Assembly: GCA_965224705.1 (NCBI GenBank)
Contig: OZ245056.1
Coordinates: forward strand, 1,568,001-1,632,000
DNA from: Spirochaetaceae bacterium
GTDB taxonomy: Bacteria > Spirochaetota > Spirochaetia > DSM-2461
Direction: 5' to 3'
DNA length: 64,000 bases
This document shows positions 1 through 9,868 of this stretch, in pieces; the first letter of the stretch is position 1; the number at the start of each line of letters is the position of its first letter. The notes below the pieces were generated by a model. The model searched no databases. It saw only the letters and a program-made list of their open reading frames with translations, and was not told where the DNA came from. The position numbers were made by a program, and so were the translations under genes.

Positions 1-2
1 CC

Positions 3-230
3 GCATCATTTCCATGGGCAAAGAATCTTGGTATGCGTGGTGAATGGCAGTCCGTGAACGGGATTCCCCTGCCATCGGAGGCCCTGCCCGTTGCTGAATC
101 AACCGCTACCCGGTCCCTGTGCCGGAGTTCCATTCCGATAGACAGCAATTCCCCTCAGGACTGGCACATCGTACCAACAAGCGGGCAAACATTTGGAACG
201 ATTAACAGCGATGAAGTCTATTCAAAATAG
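3..230 (+). CDS. 3' end of a gene entering from the left edge, product unknown
   Basis: The frame of ORF 33..230 is open back to the window start (ASFPWAKNLG-MRGEW...). No family recognised. Confidence 0.4.
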   Translation, partial: ASFPWAKNLGMRGEWQSVNGIPLPSEALPVAESTATRSLCRSSIPIDSNSPQDWHIVPTSGQTFGTINSDEVYSK

Positions 231-302
231 TAGTCAGATTGGTTCTCTCTCATTTCCAACTCCGGCATTGGAAATTCCTTGCGATGCGGGGAGAAAGGAT
301 TC

Positions 303-1088
303 TTATGGCTGATTTCTTTTCAAAGCCTGCAGTCTGAAATCTTCAATGACATCCTGAACATATTTCTGAGCTTCCTTTATTTTATTGTCAGGTTTGCATT
401 GCTGGCTTGCACGTTCTATAACAGACAGTAAATCATGGAGGAAAAATGCAAGCAGCTTAATGGCTTCACGGGCACTTTCCCGTCTTTCGGGCTTCGCTGA
501 GAAATCATCTTCAAGAACTCTCCTGTAACGGGCTAATGCATCAGGTGTCTTTTCTTCGTTTGAGGATACAAAGGTCCAGAATCGCAGTTCAATACTCATA
601 CGGTCAAGTTGACCGGGTTGAGGGAATGCGCGCCGTAAATAAGTTTCCATGTCATCCCAGTAGTTAATATCAAAAAATCGCATAGCTCCGTAGAGTTTGC
701 ATACCTCAGGATCTGCGCCTCGATAAATCTCCATTGCTTCGTATTTCTCAATCTGATTTTTGTATCTGTTGAGAACTTTGTCAGCAGTGGTGTTTCCTTC
801 AAAAACACGTTCCAGAGCTTCCTGTTTTTCGATTACATCCTGGTATTTCGAAATAATCATTTTTTCAATACGCTGATATTCCATTGTTTCTTCTTCAAGA
901 AACTGCTCTGCATTGCGTTTGCCCGCTTTGGCTGAATTCAGTCTAGAATTGAATGCATCCAGGAAGGATGAATTCAGATTGTAGGTATCAATCAGTATTT
1001 CATATTGGTTTCGTATCAACTCAATTTCATTGATAGATACTGAATCATAAAATGATTTATTCCTGTTATTTTGATTTCTTTTAAACAC
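303..1088 (-). CDS. hypothetical protein (helical, charged)
   Basis: 261-aa ORF with GTG start, downstream of cdd on the same strand. No motif recognised. Confidence 0.7.
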   Translation of the reverse strand: MFKRNQNNRNKSFYDSVSINEIELIRNQYEILIDTYNLNSSFLDAFNSRLNSAKAGKRNAEQFLEEETMEYQRIEKMIISKYQDVIEKQEALERVFEGNTTADKVLNRYKNQIEKYEAMEIYRGADPEVCKLYGAMRFFDINYWDDMETYLRRAFPQPGQLDRMSIELRFWTFVSSNEEKTPDALARYRRVLEDDFSAKPERRESAREAIKLLAFFLHDLLSVIERASQQCKPDNKIKEAQKYVQDVIEDFRLQALKRNQP

Positions 1089-1198
1089 GCAGTTACTTTA
1101 CTACACTTCCTTAATCAATAACAAGATGTAAAATGACTCAGATTACCTCAAAAAACAAGTTCAGGAAATTACAGCATCGTAACGTCGAAAAGATCCGG

Positions 1199-1615
1199 TT
1201 AAGAACTCTGGAATCTTTTAGAGGATAAATCATGCAGTGAATCCCGTGGAAGTAATTCTCCAATGCTGGAAACAATGTGCCCTCCTTTACCATCATCATA
1301 ATAGACAGGAGTTTCTGCCGGGCAGAATTCACTGATTACCTGGCGGCATGCACCACAGGGAGGAAGAGGCGCCTGTGTATCAAGTCCGGCAATGGCGATG
1401 GCTCTGATTCGGACTTCCCCCTGACTCAAAGCACTGAATACCGCTGAACGTTCTGCACAGTTTGTCAGTCCAAAGGAGCGGTTCTCTACATTGATGCCAG
1501 TAATTACTTCCTCATTTTCAAGTTCCAGGGCTGCTCCAACACGAAAACGAGAATATGGAGCATAGGCGTTTCGGGCTGCTTTGCGGGCAATCATCATCAG
1601 TTTATTACTATCCAT
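1199..1615 (-). CDS. cdd: cytidine deaminase (tetrameric type)
   Basis: Motifs AYAPYSRFRVGAAL, NVEN, CAER and PCGACRQ. Start placed at ATG 1615 because a promoter-like element lies just upstream. Confidence 0.95.
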   Translation of the reverse strand: MDSNKLMMIARKAARNAYAPYSRFRVGAALELENEEVITGINVENRSFGLTNCAERSAVFSALSQGEVRIRAIAIAGLDTQAPLPPCGACRQVISEFCPAETPVYYDDGKGGHIVSSIGELLPRDSLHDLSSKRFQSS

Positions 1616-1730
1616 GATTGATTCATACAACTATTTATGTATTCAGGCAATGGTTGAGGGATTGAAACAGGTCAATCGACTTTACCTGATCGAACACGAT
1701 GGTTACCATAGATCAGGGATTGAGTTGTTG

Positions 1731-2531
1731 ATGAGAAGGATAATACTGCCAGCTACAGTATTTTTTGCAGTTGCCAGTCTGGCAGCTCGTACATGGCCGG
1801 ATGATTCGGAAAGAATCAAAACAATGTTTGGCCAGCCTGAATCAGGCCATTTCAGTCGTGGACTGGAGTTCCATGCTGAGGGGCAGCGGGTAACAGCGTG
1901 GAATGACGGAGAGGTTATATGGAACAATGTTCCAGTACCGGGGATTACGCTGCCCGGGAAACCAAGCCTGGTTATTGAGCATAATGGCGGTTTCAGATCT
2001 TCCAGCCAGAATCTGGAAAGCCGTCCCGATCTTGAGCACTATATATCTCAGGGTGATTGGACAGGCTATGCGGATGATGGTTCCTGGCTGTTTCAATTGA
2101 CTGATACCATACGCTCCAGGATTGTCAATCCAGCCTTTTTGCTGCCAGTTTGGGATAACAGCAGTATTCCGAACAGAAACGTTTTTTTAGTGAAGGACCG
2201 CAATTTATTAGAGATAAAGGATCAAATGATTCTTGAACCGGGAAACTGGACTCTTGTATTGGAAGGCATAATACCTGTGGAATTATCCCTGTCCTGGGTT
2301 GGTCAGAGTATAATCTCCATGAGGCTTGATACCCTTGCGGAGCAGGATGGTGTTCTTGTTATGGAAACTCCATCCGTGGTTACTTATGATGACATGTATG
2401 ATGAAGAAGGCAGGGTTGTTTTACGGGATATTCTCCTTAGTGCTGGTGTTGGAATTATGGAACTGAGGATGAGTGATGGAGAAAATCAGGTTGATTCTCA
2501 GTTTTGGAACCTGATCATCCAGGCTGAGTAG
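1731..2531 (+). CDS. secreted protein with a degenerate M23/LytM-like domain
   Basis: Signal peptide MRRIILPATVFFAVASLAA. Segments GLEF..V.AWNDGEVI, LVIEHNGGFRS..NL and IVNP resemble M23, but the Zn-binding His residues are absent. Confidence 0.55.
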   Translation: MRRIILPATVFFAVASLAARTWPDDSERIKTMFGQPESGHFSRGLEFHAEGQRVTAWNDGEVIWNNVPVPGITLPGKPSLVIEHNGGFRSSSQNLESRPDLEHYISQGDWTGYADDGSWLFQLTDTIRSRIVNPAFLLPVWDNSSIPNRNVFLVKDRNLLEIKDQMILEPGNWTLVLEGIIPVELSLSWVGQSIISMRLDTLAEQDGVLVMETPSVVTYDDMYDEEGRVVLRDILLSAGVGIMELRMSDGENQVDSQFWNLIIQAE

Positions 2532-2532
2532 T

Positions 2533-3378
2533 TTGAAGACTTTCTCCAAAACGCCTTCTGATAATGAATCGTTAAAAACCGTATCCTGCCCGGTTTGTGG
2601 TGGTGGGAGTTTTGTTCGCCGCTGGTTAATTGATGGGGCGGAATTTGTTCAATGCACTATCTGCAGTCTTGTTCTCCAGAACCCACAACCCATCCCCCAG
2701 GATCTGGGTGCCCGGTACGATGATGAATACTTCCGGTATGAAGTAGAAAACGAGGAAGCATTCTTTCGGCTCATGATGCTTGGACTGAAAGATGCCTCTT
2801 TTTTTGATAAAATTGTACCAACTCTGCCCTCAGTTAACAGGATTCTGGACATAGGCTGTGCTACCGGCCGTTTATTGAGTCATTTCAAATCTCTGGGATG
2901 GGAAACAGGCGGTGTGGATCTATGTGTGGAATCAGCGAATTATGGAAATAAGAAATACGATGTTGGTATCCAGGTGGGTGATTTGCCGCAACTGGGCTTA
3001 AAGGGGGGATACTATTCGGTAATACATGCCTCCCACCTCATTGAACATGTTGATAAACCGGACATATTTGTGAATGAGATTGCACGCTTACTGATAAAGG
3101 GGGGAGTTTTTATCTGTGTTACCCCTTCCATAGATGGATTTCAGGCTCTTCTTCATAGAGGGAAATGGCGTTCATTAATACCGGATCATATTACACTGTT
3201 CAGCAAAAAAACACTGAGAAGGTTATTAAGAAATGCAGGTCTTTCGGTTGAAATTGTAAGAACCTGGGGAGGACTGGCGGTGGGTACTGCTCCTGTCTGG
3301 CTGAAAAAAAGAGTGGATCGATGGGTGAAAGTTCTGGGGTCAGGTGATGTTGTTTTGATGGCAGCAAGGAAGAAGTGA
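2533..3378 (+). CDS. class I SAM-dependent methyltransferase with N-terminal Zn ribbon
   Basis: CPVCGG..CTIC, ILDIGCATG motif I, HLIEHV. Confidence 0.9.
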   Translation: MKTFSKTPSDNESLKTVSCPVCGGGSFVRRWLIDGAEFVQCTICSLVLQNPQPIPQDLGARYDDEYFRYEVENEEAFFRLMMLGLKDASFFDKIVPTLPSVNRILDIGCATGRLLSHFKSLGWETGGVDLCVESANYGNKKYDVGIQVGDLPQLGLKGGYYSVIHASHLIEHVDKPDIFVNEIARLLIKGGVFICVTPSIDGFQALLHRGKWRSLIPDHITLFSKKTLRRLLRNAGLSVEIVRTWGGLAVGTAPVWLKKRVDRWVKVLGSGDVVLMAARKK

Positions 3379-3441
3379 GGCTGTAATCGACCTGAACTGG
3401 AATGCAACCGTAACACTCTTTTACAGTGTGCTCATGAATTA

Positions 3442-3470
3442 TTGACCTCGGGATTCTTTTCATGTATATT
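3442..3470 (+). promoter_or_regulatory. sigma70-like promoter of tRNA-Val
   Basis: TTGACC-17 bp-TATATT upstream of the tRNA. A MITE lies between the promoter and the tRNA. Confidence 0.7.
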
Positions 3471-3477
3471 GCTCATA

Positions 3478-3638
3478 GAGTCTGTCGGACTTTAAGACTT
3501 CGAGGCGATTTTTGATGATTTTTTCCTGATGCAAGGCGACAAAAACGGAGCGTAGCTGGGCTACGTGAGTATTTTGGCAACGCAGCAGCAGGGGAAAAGG
3601 GCAAAAATCGGGCCGTGAGGCGTAAGTCCGACAGACTC
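3478..3638. mobile_element. MITE family A, copy 1 (161 bp)
   Basis: TIRs GAGTCTGTCGGACTT / AAGTCCGACAGACTC, flanked by direct repeat CATA (3474-3477 and 3639-3642). Near-identical to 13181-13341. Confidence 0.92.
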
Positions 3639-3646
3639 CATAGAAA

Positions 3647-3719
3647 GGGCGATTAACTCAGGGGCTAGAGTGCTACCTTCACACGGTAGAAGTCACTGGT
3701 TCAAATCCAGTATCGCCCA
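3647..3719 (+). tRNA. tRNA-Val(CAC)
   Basis: Acceptor stem GGGCGAT/ATCGCCC, anticodon arm CTACC-TTCACAC-GGTAG, T-loop GGTTCAAATCC. CCA not encoded. Confidence 0.96.
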
Positions 3720-3760
3720 TATTAATACAATGTAACAGCAGGTTTTCTGACGCATGGACA

Positions 3761-4501
3761 TTAAAGAGAAAAATCCTTGCCCAGATACTTTTCACGAGCC
3801 TGTTCATCATTGATGAGTTCCTCAGCCGTTCCACCAGTGAGGATTTCCCCATGGCTGATGATGTAGGCATGATGAGTAATGGCCAGGGTATCCCGTACAT
3901 TGTGATCGGTAATAAGAATTCCTATTTGTTTCCTGGATAAACGGGCGATTATCTCCTTTAAGTCTCCTACGGCAATGGGATCTATTCCGCTGAAAGGTTC
4001 GTCCAACAGCAGGAAACGGGGATTGATGGCCAGTGCCCTGCACACCTCGGTCCGTCGTCGTTCACCGCCGGACAACGTGTCCGCTCTTCGTTTTGCCAAT
4101 TCCATAATGCCCAGATCAAGCAGCAGACTATCCAGTAAATCCTTTCTTTCTGCTCTGGTAATATCCCTCCGTGCCTCCAGTACGGCCTGTACATTCTGGG
4201 CAACGGTAAGTTTACGAAAGACAGACGGTTCCTGGGGGAGGTAATTAATTCCAAGACGGGCACGGTAATACATTGGCTTTGATGTTATCTCCTGGGAATT
4301 GAGCCAGACCCTTCCAGCGGTTGTTTTGATAAAACCGGCAATCATGTAGAATGTTGTCGTTTTACCAGCACCATTGGGCCCAAGCAGACCCACAACCTGA
4401 CCTTGTTCCATATTGAATGAAACATCAGCCACAGCCAGTGTTGAGCGATATTGCTTACGCAGACTCTCGGCGCGAAGAACTGAAACGGGATTCACTTCCA
4501 T
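3761..4501 (-). CDS. lptB: LPS export ABC transporter ATP-binding protein
   Basis: GPNGAGKTT, YLPQEPSVFRKLTV, LSGGERRR, LLDEPFSGIDP, ILITDHNVRDTL. Confidence 0.95.
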   Translation of the reverse strand: MEVNPVSVLRAESLRKQYRSTLAVADVSFNMEQGQVVGLLGPNGAGKTTTFYMIAGFIKTTAGRVWLNSQEITSKPMYYRARLGINYLPQEPSVFRKLTVAQNVQAVLEARRDITRAERKDLLDSLLLDLGIMELAKRRADTLSGGERRRTEVCRALAINPRFLLLDEPFSGIDPIAVGDLKEIIARLSRKQIGILITDHNVRDTLAITHHAYIISHGEILTGGTAEELINDEQAREKYLGKDFSL

Positions 4502-5223
4502 AACGACTCATCATCAGCGGGATCTGTTTCATCAATGATCGTTTCGTCGCCAGCAGTTTCCGGGGAATCTTCAGCAGGAATCTCTTCAGGCTCATCTTCT
4601 TCATCCCCCTTTGTTGTCAATAAACCCTGAACGGTGCCTTCCATACTGATCTCATCTGTATCCAAATTGACTGTTATTCGATCGGCCTGATATCTATCAT
4701 CATCCTGCCAGACAACCGGACGGCCGGACAGTTCCAGGATTTTACTCTCCCTGCGGTAGGTGGCGAATTCTCCACGGCCTATGGTTTCATCATTGATCAG
4801 TCTCACTGCAGCCTGCAGGATTACCAATTCTTCTTCCTGATAGAACTCCAGGGACTCACAACGTATAACAATGTCATCTTGTTCATCAACCAGTGTCACA
4901 AAACCCCGCAATCGGATGAGTTTCTTGTTCTTGTCATAGTCCATGCTGTTTGCTTCAATCGTGAGTTTTTTATCCAGTTCTTTCAGGAGGATATTACCCT
5001 TACCTGTCAGGATGTCATAATCGGGGCCGGATAATTCAATGTGATCGGCAGATATTTCGAGATCCTCGGAATTAACCTGAACATTCCCCTCAAGGACAGT
5101 ATTGGACTGATCACCACGCTGTACACTCGTTACATTGATTGCACTGAAAGTCCAGGTCTCAGCAATCAGCGGTATGGAGAGGAAAAAGAAGAAACAGGCC
5201 GTCATACTTCTATTCATCATCAC
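4492..5223 (-). CDS. lptA: LptA/OstA-family periplasmic protein
   Basis: Signal peptide, beta-jellyroll-like repeats (LEGNVQV, LSGRPVVWQ, ADRITVNLD), acidic tail, directly upstream of lptB. Exact start uncertain. Confidence 0.75.
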   Translation of the reverse strand: MMMNRSMTACFFFFLSIPLIAETWTFSAINVTSVQRGDQSNTVLEGNVQVNSEDLEISADHIELSGPDYDILTGKGNILLKELDKKLTIEANSMDYDKNKKLIRLRGFVTLVDEQDDIVIRCESLEFYQEEELVILQAAVRLINDETIGRGEFATYRRESKILELSGRPVVWQDDDRYQADRITVNLDTDEISMEGTVQGLLTTKGDEEDEPEEIPAEDSPETAGDETIIDETDPADDESLWK

Positions 5224-5755
5224 TGAACTCTATCGTTCCTTTAACATCATTTGTGAAGGAATAGGTTTTTTTCGCGAGATCCGCAGTAAAGGAGTTTCCT
5301 GTCATTGTCAATCCATCTCCGAGGTCAACCTCAATATTTCCATTACCATTCAATATCCGGTCCTCATCATTGAACTGCATTGAATCAGCCTTGATTTCAG
5401 ATCCTTCTTCTACATCATTAATATAAACATTTCCAGCGGCCATACCTTCTTCTGTACCATGCACCTCTACGTAGTCGGCGCCTCCTTCAAGGACTAATTC
5501 TCCCTCAGAATTTGTTTCAGATAAAACTGTACTGTAGAAGTGACTTGTGTCTTCTTCATTGAATTTTTCAACTTTATCGGCGGTGATTTCAATTCTACCA
5601 TTCTCAGTGACTGTAACCTGATGTACGCCCCAGGCTGTTGTATCGGGTTGTTTGTCACTCACATCATCATCCTTCCCTAACTCACAGGAACTGAGAGCTG
5701 TGAAGAGGATGGCGAAAGCAGCTATAGCGATATTGAAGCGTAATATGGAATTCAT
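5210..5755 (-). CDS. lptC: LptC-like lipoprotein
   Basis: Lipobox (ALSSC), beta-rich, first gene of the lptC-A-B order. ATG 5755 preferred over the longer ORF. Confidence 0.65.
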   Translation of the reverse strand: MNSILRFNIAIAAFAILFTALSSCELGKDDDVSDKQPDTTAWGVHQVTVTENGRIEITADKVEKFNEEDTSHFYSTVLSETNSEGELVLEGGADYVEVHGTEEGMAAGNVYINDVEEGSEIKADSMQFNDEDRILNGNGNIEVDLGDGLTMTGNSFTADLAKKTYSFTNDVKGTIEFSDDE

Positions 5756-5908
5756 CGACAAACCATATTTGTACACCGATTGGCATTCTGCGTCAATCGG
5801 GCGGTAAACTTCCGGTATTTTTTGAGAATCTTCCCGCTGTCCATCCATCCCGGTCCAGCACAGAAATGGACAGGCACAGACCAATAGGTATCATCACCTG
5901 ATGTCCGG

Positions 5909-7030
5909 TCAGGATAGATTTTCCGGGTTCAGGCCTTGAAGCTCTTGAAGTGTAAATCGGCCATCTTTTCGGATTAAGACATCATCGAAGAATATTTCCC
6001 CTCCGCCGTTTTGTTTTTCCTGGAGTAAAACGATATCCCAGTGAAGGATGGATTTATTGCAGTTATCGGCTTCCTCATAACTGTTCCCTGGAGTAAAATG
6101 AATGCTGCCCCGTATTTTCTCATCAAAGAGGGTATTGTTTATCGGGGCGTCCACATAGGGGTTGACTCCCATCGCAAACTCACCGATGTAGCGAGCCCCC
6201 TCATCAATGTCAAGAGTAGAATTGATCCTCTCATTGTCGTTGGAAGTTGCTTCCACTATCCTGCCATTTTCAAATCGAAATCGAATATCCGTATACTGGA
6301 ATCCGTTATAGATGGATGTCGTATTGTATGCTATTATGCCATTTACAGAGTCTTTTACGGGTGCCGTGTAGATTTCTCCATCGGGGATGTTGCAATGACC
6401 GGCACAGGGAATAACCGGTATATCCCGAATACTGAAAGCAACGTCCGTTTCTCCCGGCCCGAGGATTCGAACCCTGTCTGTTTTTTCAAGCAGGGTTTTC
6501 AGCGGTTCCATTGCTTCCCCCATTTTTCCATAGTCAACGGAGCAGACACGGTAGTACCAGTCTTCAAAACCCTCCGTACTCATGCCCGCCGATTGGGCAA
6601 GGGCCTGAGTAGGATATCGAAGCACCACCCAGCGGGTCTCTGGAACACGGATCTGCATATGGACTGGATCGACGTATAATGAATCGTAGAGTTTCAGGGA
6701 GTCTGCTGCAACATCGCTTAGTTCCAGGGCATTTTCAGGAGCAGTAATTCCAATGAAGGCGTCCATCATCTTCATCTGGTACGTATCAGCATCAGCAGCG
6801 GTCTTCAGCATTTCATCATCGGGGTTTTGAAGCCATTCCCGTAAAATCTTCTGATCATCTATACTGTAGATTGGATGGGCTCCCACAGCTTTGACAGCTC
6901 GGATGAAGGCCCGAACCAGAGGTTCCGTAACAAATCCGCTTCCACGGATAAGAACTTTTTCGCCTGATTGAAGTTTCAGCGAATGACTGACAACTATATC
7001 GGCGAGTTTATCGTGTCGAAAATCTTTCAT
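5909..7030 (-). CDS. aminopeptidase, M29 (AmpS/aminopeptidase T) family
   Basis: NIPDGEIYTAP, IGEFAMG, LFDEKIRGSIHFTPG, NKSILHWD. Confidence 0.92.
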   Translation of the reverse strand: MKDFRHDKLADIVVSHSLKLQSGEKVLIRGSGFVTEPLVRAFIRAVKAVGAHPIYSIDDQKILREWLQNPDDEMLKTAADADTYQMKMMDAFIGITAPENALELSDVAADSLKLYDSLYVDPVHMQIRVPETRWVVLRYPTQALAQSAGMSTEGFEDWYYRVCSVDYGKMGEAMEPLKTLLEKTDRVRILGPGETDVAFSIRDIPVIPCAGHCNIPDGEIYTAPVKDSVNGIIAYNTTSIYNGFQYTDIRFRFENGRIVEATSNDNERINSTLDIDEGARYIGEFAMGVNPYVDAPINNTLFDEKIRGSIHFTPGNSYEEADNCNKSILHWDIVLLQEKQNGGGEIFFDDVLIRKDGRFTLQELQGLNPENLS

Positions 7031-7047
7031 GGAGAGATAATACCTTT

Positions 7048-8409
7048 TTATGAAACGATGGGGAAGAGGGAAATGCCTGCTGCGATTTCACCAGCCAGGT
7101 AAAACGAACCAGTCACCAGGATCCCCCGGCTGCTGCCAGCATACTCTCGGGCCTTGATCCAGGCATCCAGCGGGTCAGGAATAAGCTCAACATGAGCCCT
7201 GGTCTGTTGAAATGATTTCGCTGCGTTGACCGGATCGCCGGGTTTATAAGTTCCAGGCGAGCTGATGATAACTCGATGAAAATGAGGATGGGAGCCGCTG
7301 CAAAGTATTTCGGCCATTGTATGATGATCTTTGTCCCTGGCGCACCCAAACAATAGAATTGATTCTTCATCATTTTCCGGCATGCTGAAGAAAGCCCTCA
7401 TAACACTGCTGATGGATGCGGGTGTATGAGCTCCGTCCAATACTACGGCAGGATGGCGGCGGAGAATTTGAAAACGTCCCGGCAGGCATACTGCCTTTAA
7501 TGCCCCTGAAATATTTTCGACATGCCGGGGCCTTAAAAAACGTACAACTGCCAGAGCTAAAGCACTATTGTCCGCCTGTTCCCGCGTCCCCATACCCAGC
7601 TCTATTACCTCTGTACACCCGTCCTTCCAGTTCAAATGCCATCGGAATCCACTGGATTGAGTTTCTTGAATATCAATCAGATACCTGTCGAGTTCATGGA
7701 GAGGAATCCGGAGTTCTTCGGATTTTTTCCGAAAAACTTCCCGAACTTCCGGTAGCTGACAGGAGGTCCAGGCCACCGATCCAGCTTTCATTATGCCGGC
7801 TTTTTCACCCGCTATATCACTCAATTTCGGTCCCAGTATCTCTACATGTTCCATTTCCACTGGTGTAAGAACGACCGCCAGAGGCCGTTCCACAACGTTG
7901 GTAGCATCCAGTCGGCCGCCAAGTCCGCATTCCAGAACAACTGTATCGCAGCCAAGATCTCGAAAAAGCATAAATCCAAATAAGGTAAGGAGTTCAAAAG
8001 TTGTTGCCTGGCTTTCCCCGACGAGCCGTGATTCCACCTCCGGGAGCCGCCGAATGAGTTTCAAAGCTGTTTCAAATGACTGTTTTTCGGGGAAATCCTC
8101 CCCTTCCACTCTGAATCGTTCTCGATAATCCAGCAGGTGAGGGGAGGTGTAAACACCAACCCGAGATCCGGATTCCTTCAGTAAAGCGGCAATGTACGCC
8201 ACCGTGGACCCCTTCCCCTTGGATCCGGCAATGTGAATTACATCATATTCGTTTTGCGGATTACCCATTGCCATGCAAAGAGATCTCATGCGATCAAGTC
8301 TGTATTCCCGCTTTAAAAGATGACCTGTTATGCTCTTTTCAAAGTTTGTTCGGGTTTCAAAAAAGTGAAATACATCGTTGAGATCAGCGGGTTCTTCCTG
8401 GAAACTCAT
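7048..8409 (-). CDS. folC: folylpolyglutamate synthase / dihydrofolate synthase
   Basis: HIAGSKGKGS, YTSPHL..YRER, LECGLGGRLDATN, LDGAHT, VTGSFYL. Confidence 0.93.
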   Translation of the reverse strand: MSFQEEPADLNDVFHFFETRTNFEKSITGHLLKREYRLDRMRSLCMAMGNPQNEYDVIHIAGSKGKGSTVAYIAALLKESGSRVGVYTSPHLLDYRERFRVEGEDFPEKQSFETALKLIRRLPEVESRLVGESQATTFELLTLFGFMLFRDLGCDTVVLECGLGGRLDATNVVERPLAVVLTPVEMEHVEILGPKLSDIAGEKAGIMKAGSVAWTSCQLPEVREVFRKKSEELRIPLHELDRYLIDIQETQSSGFRWHLNWKDGCTEVIELGMGTREQADNSALALAVVRFLRPRHVENISGALKAVCLPGRFQILRRHPAVVLDGAHTPASISSVMRAFFSMPENDEESILLFGCARDKDHHTMAEILCSGSHPHFHRVIISSPGTYKPGDPVNAAKSFQQTRAHVELIPDPLDAWIKAREYAGSSRGILVTGSFYLAGEIAAGISLFPIVS

Positions 8410-9704
8410 GTCCGTGGAGGAATAAGCGCATTACGATGGGCCGGGAATCCTTCATACTCAGCCAGGGCAGCGGCATGAGGTTTAAGGTCCTTCAAACCGT
8501 CTTCGCTGAGGTAGATAACACTCGAACGCTTTTTGAAATCCCCCACCGAAACACCGGACCATGTCCGGGCTCTTCCCCCGGTCGGTAATACGGCATTGGC
8601 TCCAACGGAGTAATTAGCCGCTGAGAATGGGCAGTTGCCGCCCAGAATGATTTCACCGGCGTTGGTTATCATGCCCAGAGTTGCAAAAGGGTCAACAGTA
8701 CGTATTTGAAGATGTTCCGTTGCAAACTGGTTAACCAGGTCAGCCCCTTCAGCGATGGAGTCAACAAGAATGATGCCGCCATAGTTCGAAAACACATCGG
8801 CAACAAAGCGGCGGCGGGGTTCTGGAAGCTCATCCCCAAGGCATTCCAGTGCGGTTCCTGCAGCATCCGCCAGTTCCTGTGAATCCGTTATCAACAGGGC
8901 TGCGGAATCCGATCCATGCTCGGCTTCCACAAGAAGATTTCTGGCAATATCAAGAGGGTCAGGGGAGGAATCAGCCAGAATAATGGATTCGGAAGGCCCG
9001 GCCGACAAGCCGCAGTCCAGGGTATCAGAGAGAATTCTTTTGGCAGCAGCAACATATTTGCTTCCAGGTCCCAGGCATTTATCCACTTTGCTTACTGATT
9101 TCGTACCAAAAGCAAAGGCGGCCCAGGCCTGGGCTCCCCCCATGGCATACACCTCATTTATTCCGCACAATCTGGCCGTATAGAGGCAGGCCGCATCCAC
9201 TTTTCCATGTTTATCCGGTGGGCTGGCCATGGCTATTCGCCTTACACCTGCAATTTTTGCCGGTACGGCCATCATGTACAGCATGGAAGGAAAACTTCCT
9301 CTTGCCCTCGGGATGTAAAATGCTGCGGAATCAATGGGGCTTGTGCGGTCCCCGGCCAGTATGCCCGGTCGAATTTCCTTCCATTCGATTCCGCTGGGGA
9401 ATTGATCCCGGTGACAGCGATGTACGTTTTCAATTGAGTATTCAACAGCAGACTTCAATTCCGCTGATAACAATGAATCTGCTTCAATGAAATCGGATTC
9501 CGGTACGGGAATGGGCATCCCGGCAGGGGCACCGTCATATTGAGTATTCAATTCGGTTAAAGCCTTATCTCCATCTGATTTGACATAGTTCACTATGTCA
9601 AGAACGGATGATTGAACTTCCTGAATATCGGTTTCCGCACGGAATAGAAGAGTGTGTCTGGTTTCATCTTTGAGCTCAGACCAATGATATCGATTCACAT
9701 TCAT
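8406..9704 (-). CDS. hisD: histidinol dehydrogenase-family protein with atypical active site
   Basis: GGAQA..A.AFGT, GPGSKYVAAAK, AGPSE, EHL, VLPTGG, EGFPAH. Start at ATG 9704; the 50-aa extension in the ORF track reads through a MITE. Confidence 0.85.
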   Translation of the reverse strand: MNVNRYHWSELKDETRHTLLFRAETDIQEVQSSVLDIVNYVKSDGDKALTELNTQYDGAPAGMPIPVPESDFIEADSLLSAELKSAVEYSIENVHRCHRDQFPSGIEWKEIRPGILAGDRTSPIDSAAFYIPRARGSFPSMLYMMAVPAKIAGVRRIAMASPPDKHGKVDAACLYTARLCGINEVYAMGGAQAWAAFAFGTKSVSKVDKCLGPGSKYVAAAKRILSDTLDCGLSAGPSESIILADSSPDPLDIARNLLVEAEHGSDSAALLITDSQELADAAGTALECLGDELPEPRRRFVADVFSNYGGIILVDSIAEGADLVNQFATEHLQIRTVDPFATLGMITNAGEIILGGNCPFSAANYSVGANAVLPTGGRARTWSGVSVGDFKKRSSVIYLSEDGLKDLKPHAAALAEYEGFPAHRNALIPPRT

Positions 9705-9761
9705 TTTATTACTTTCGTGTTGAATTAATTCTTCAGTCTCCAATGTCTGAAGGTATTCAAG

Positions 9762-9868
9762 GAGTCTGTCGGACTTTAAGACTTCAAGGCGATTTCTGAT
9801 GATTTTTTTCCGATACAGGGCGGGAAAAAAGGCAAAAATCGAGCCGTGAGGCATAGTCCGACAGGCTC
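9762..9868. mobile_element. MITE family A, copy 2 (107 bp, central deletion)
   Basis: Left TIR GAGTCTGTCGGACTT is intact and the right TIR is AGTCCGACAGGCTC. Both arms align to copy 1, with about 54 bp missing from the centre. Flanks CAAG/CAGG (3 of 4 match). Confidence 0.88.

Noticed and set aside
9705..9854. 50-aa N-terminal extension of the HisD-like ORF
   Set aside because: It reads through MITE-A copy 2; the same KIIxNRLExLKSDRL peptide appears in the spurious ORF over copy 3. HisD similarity starts near ATG 9704.
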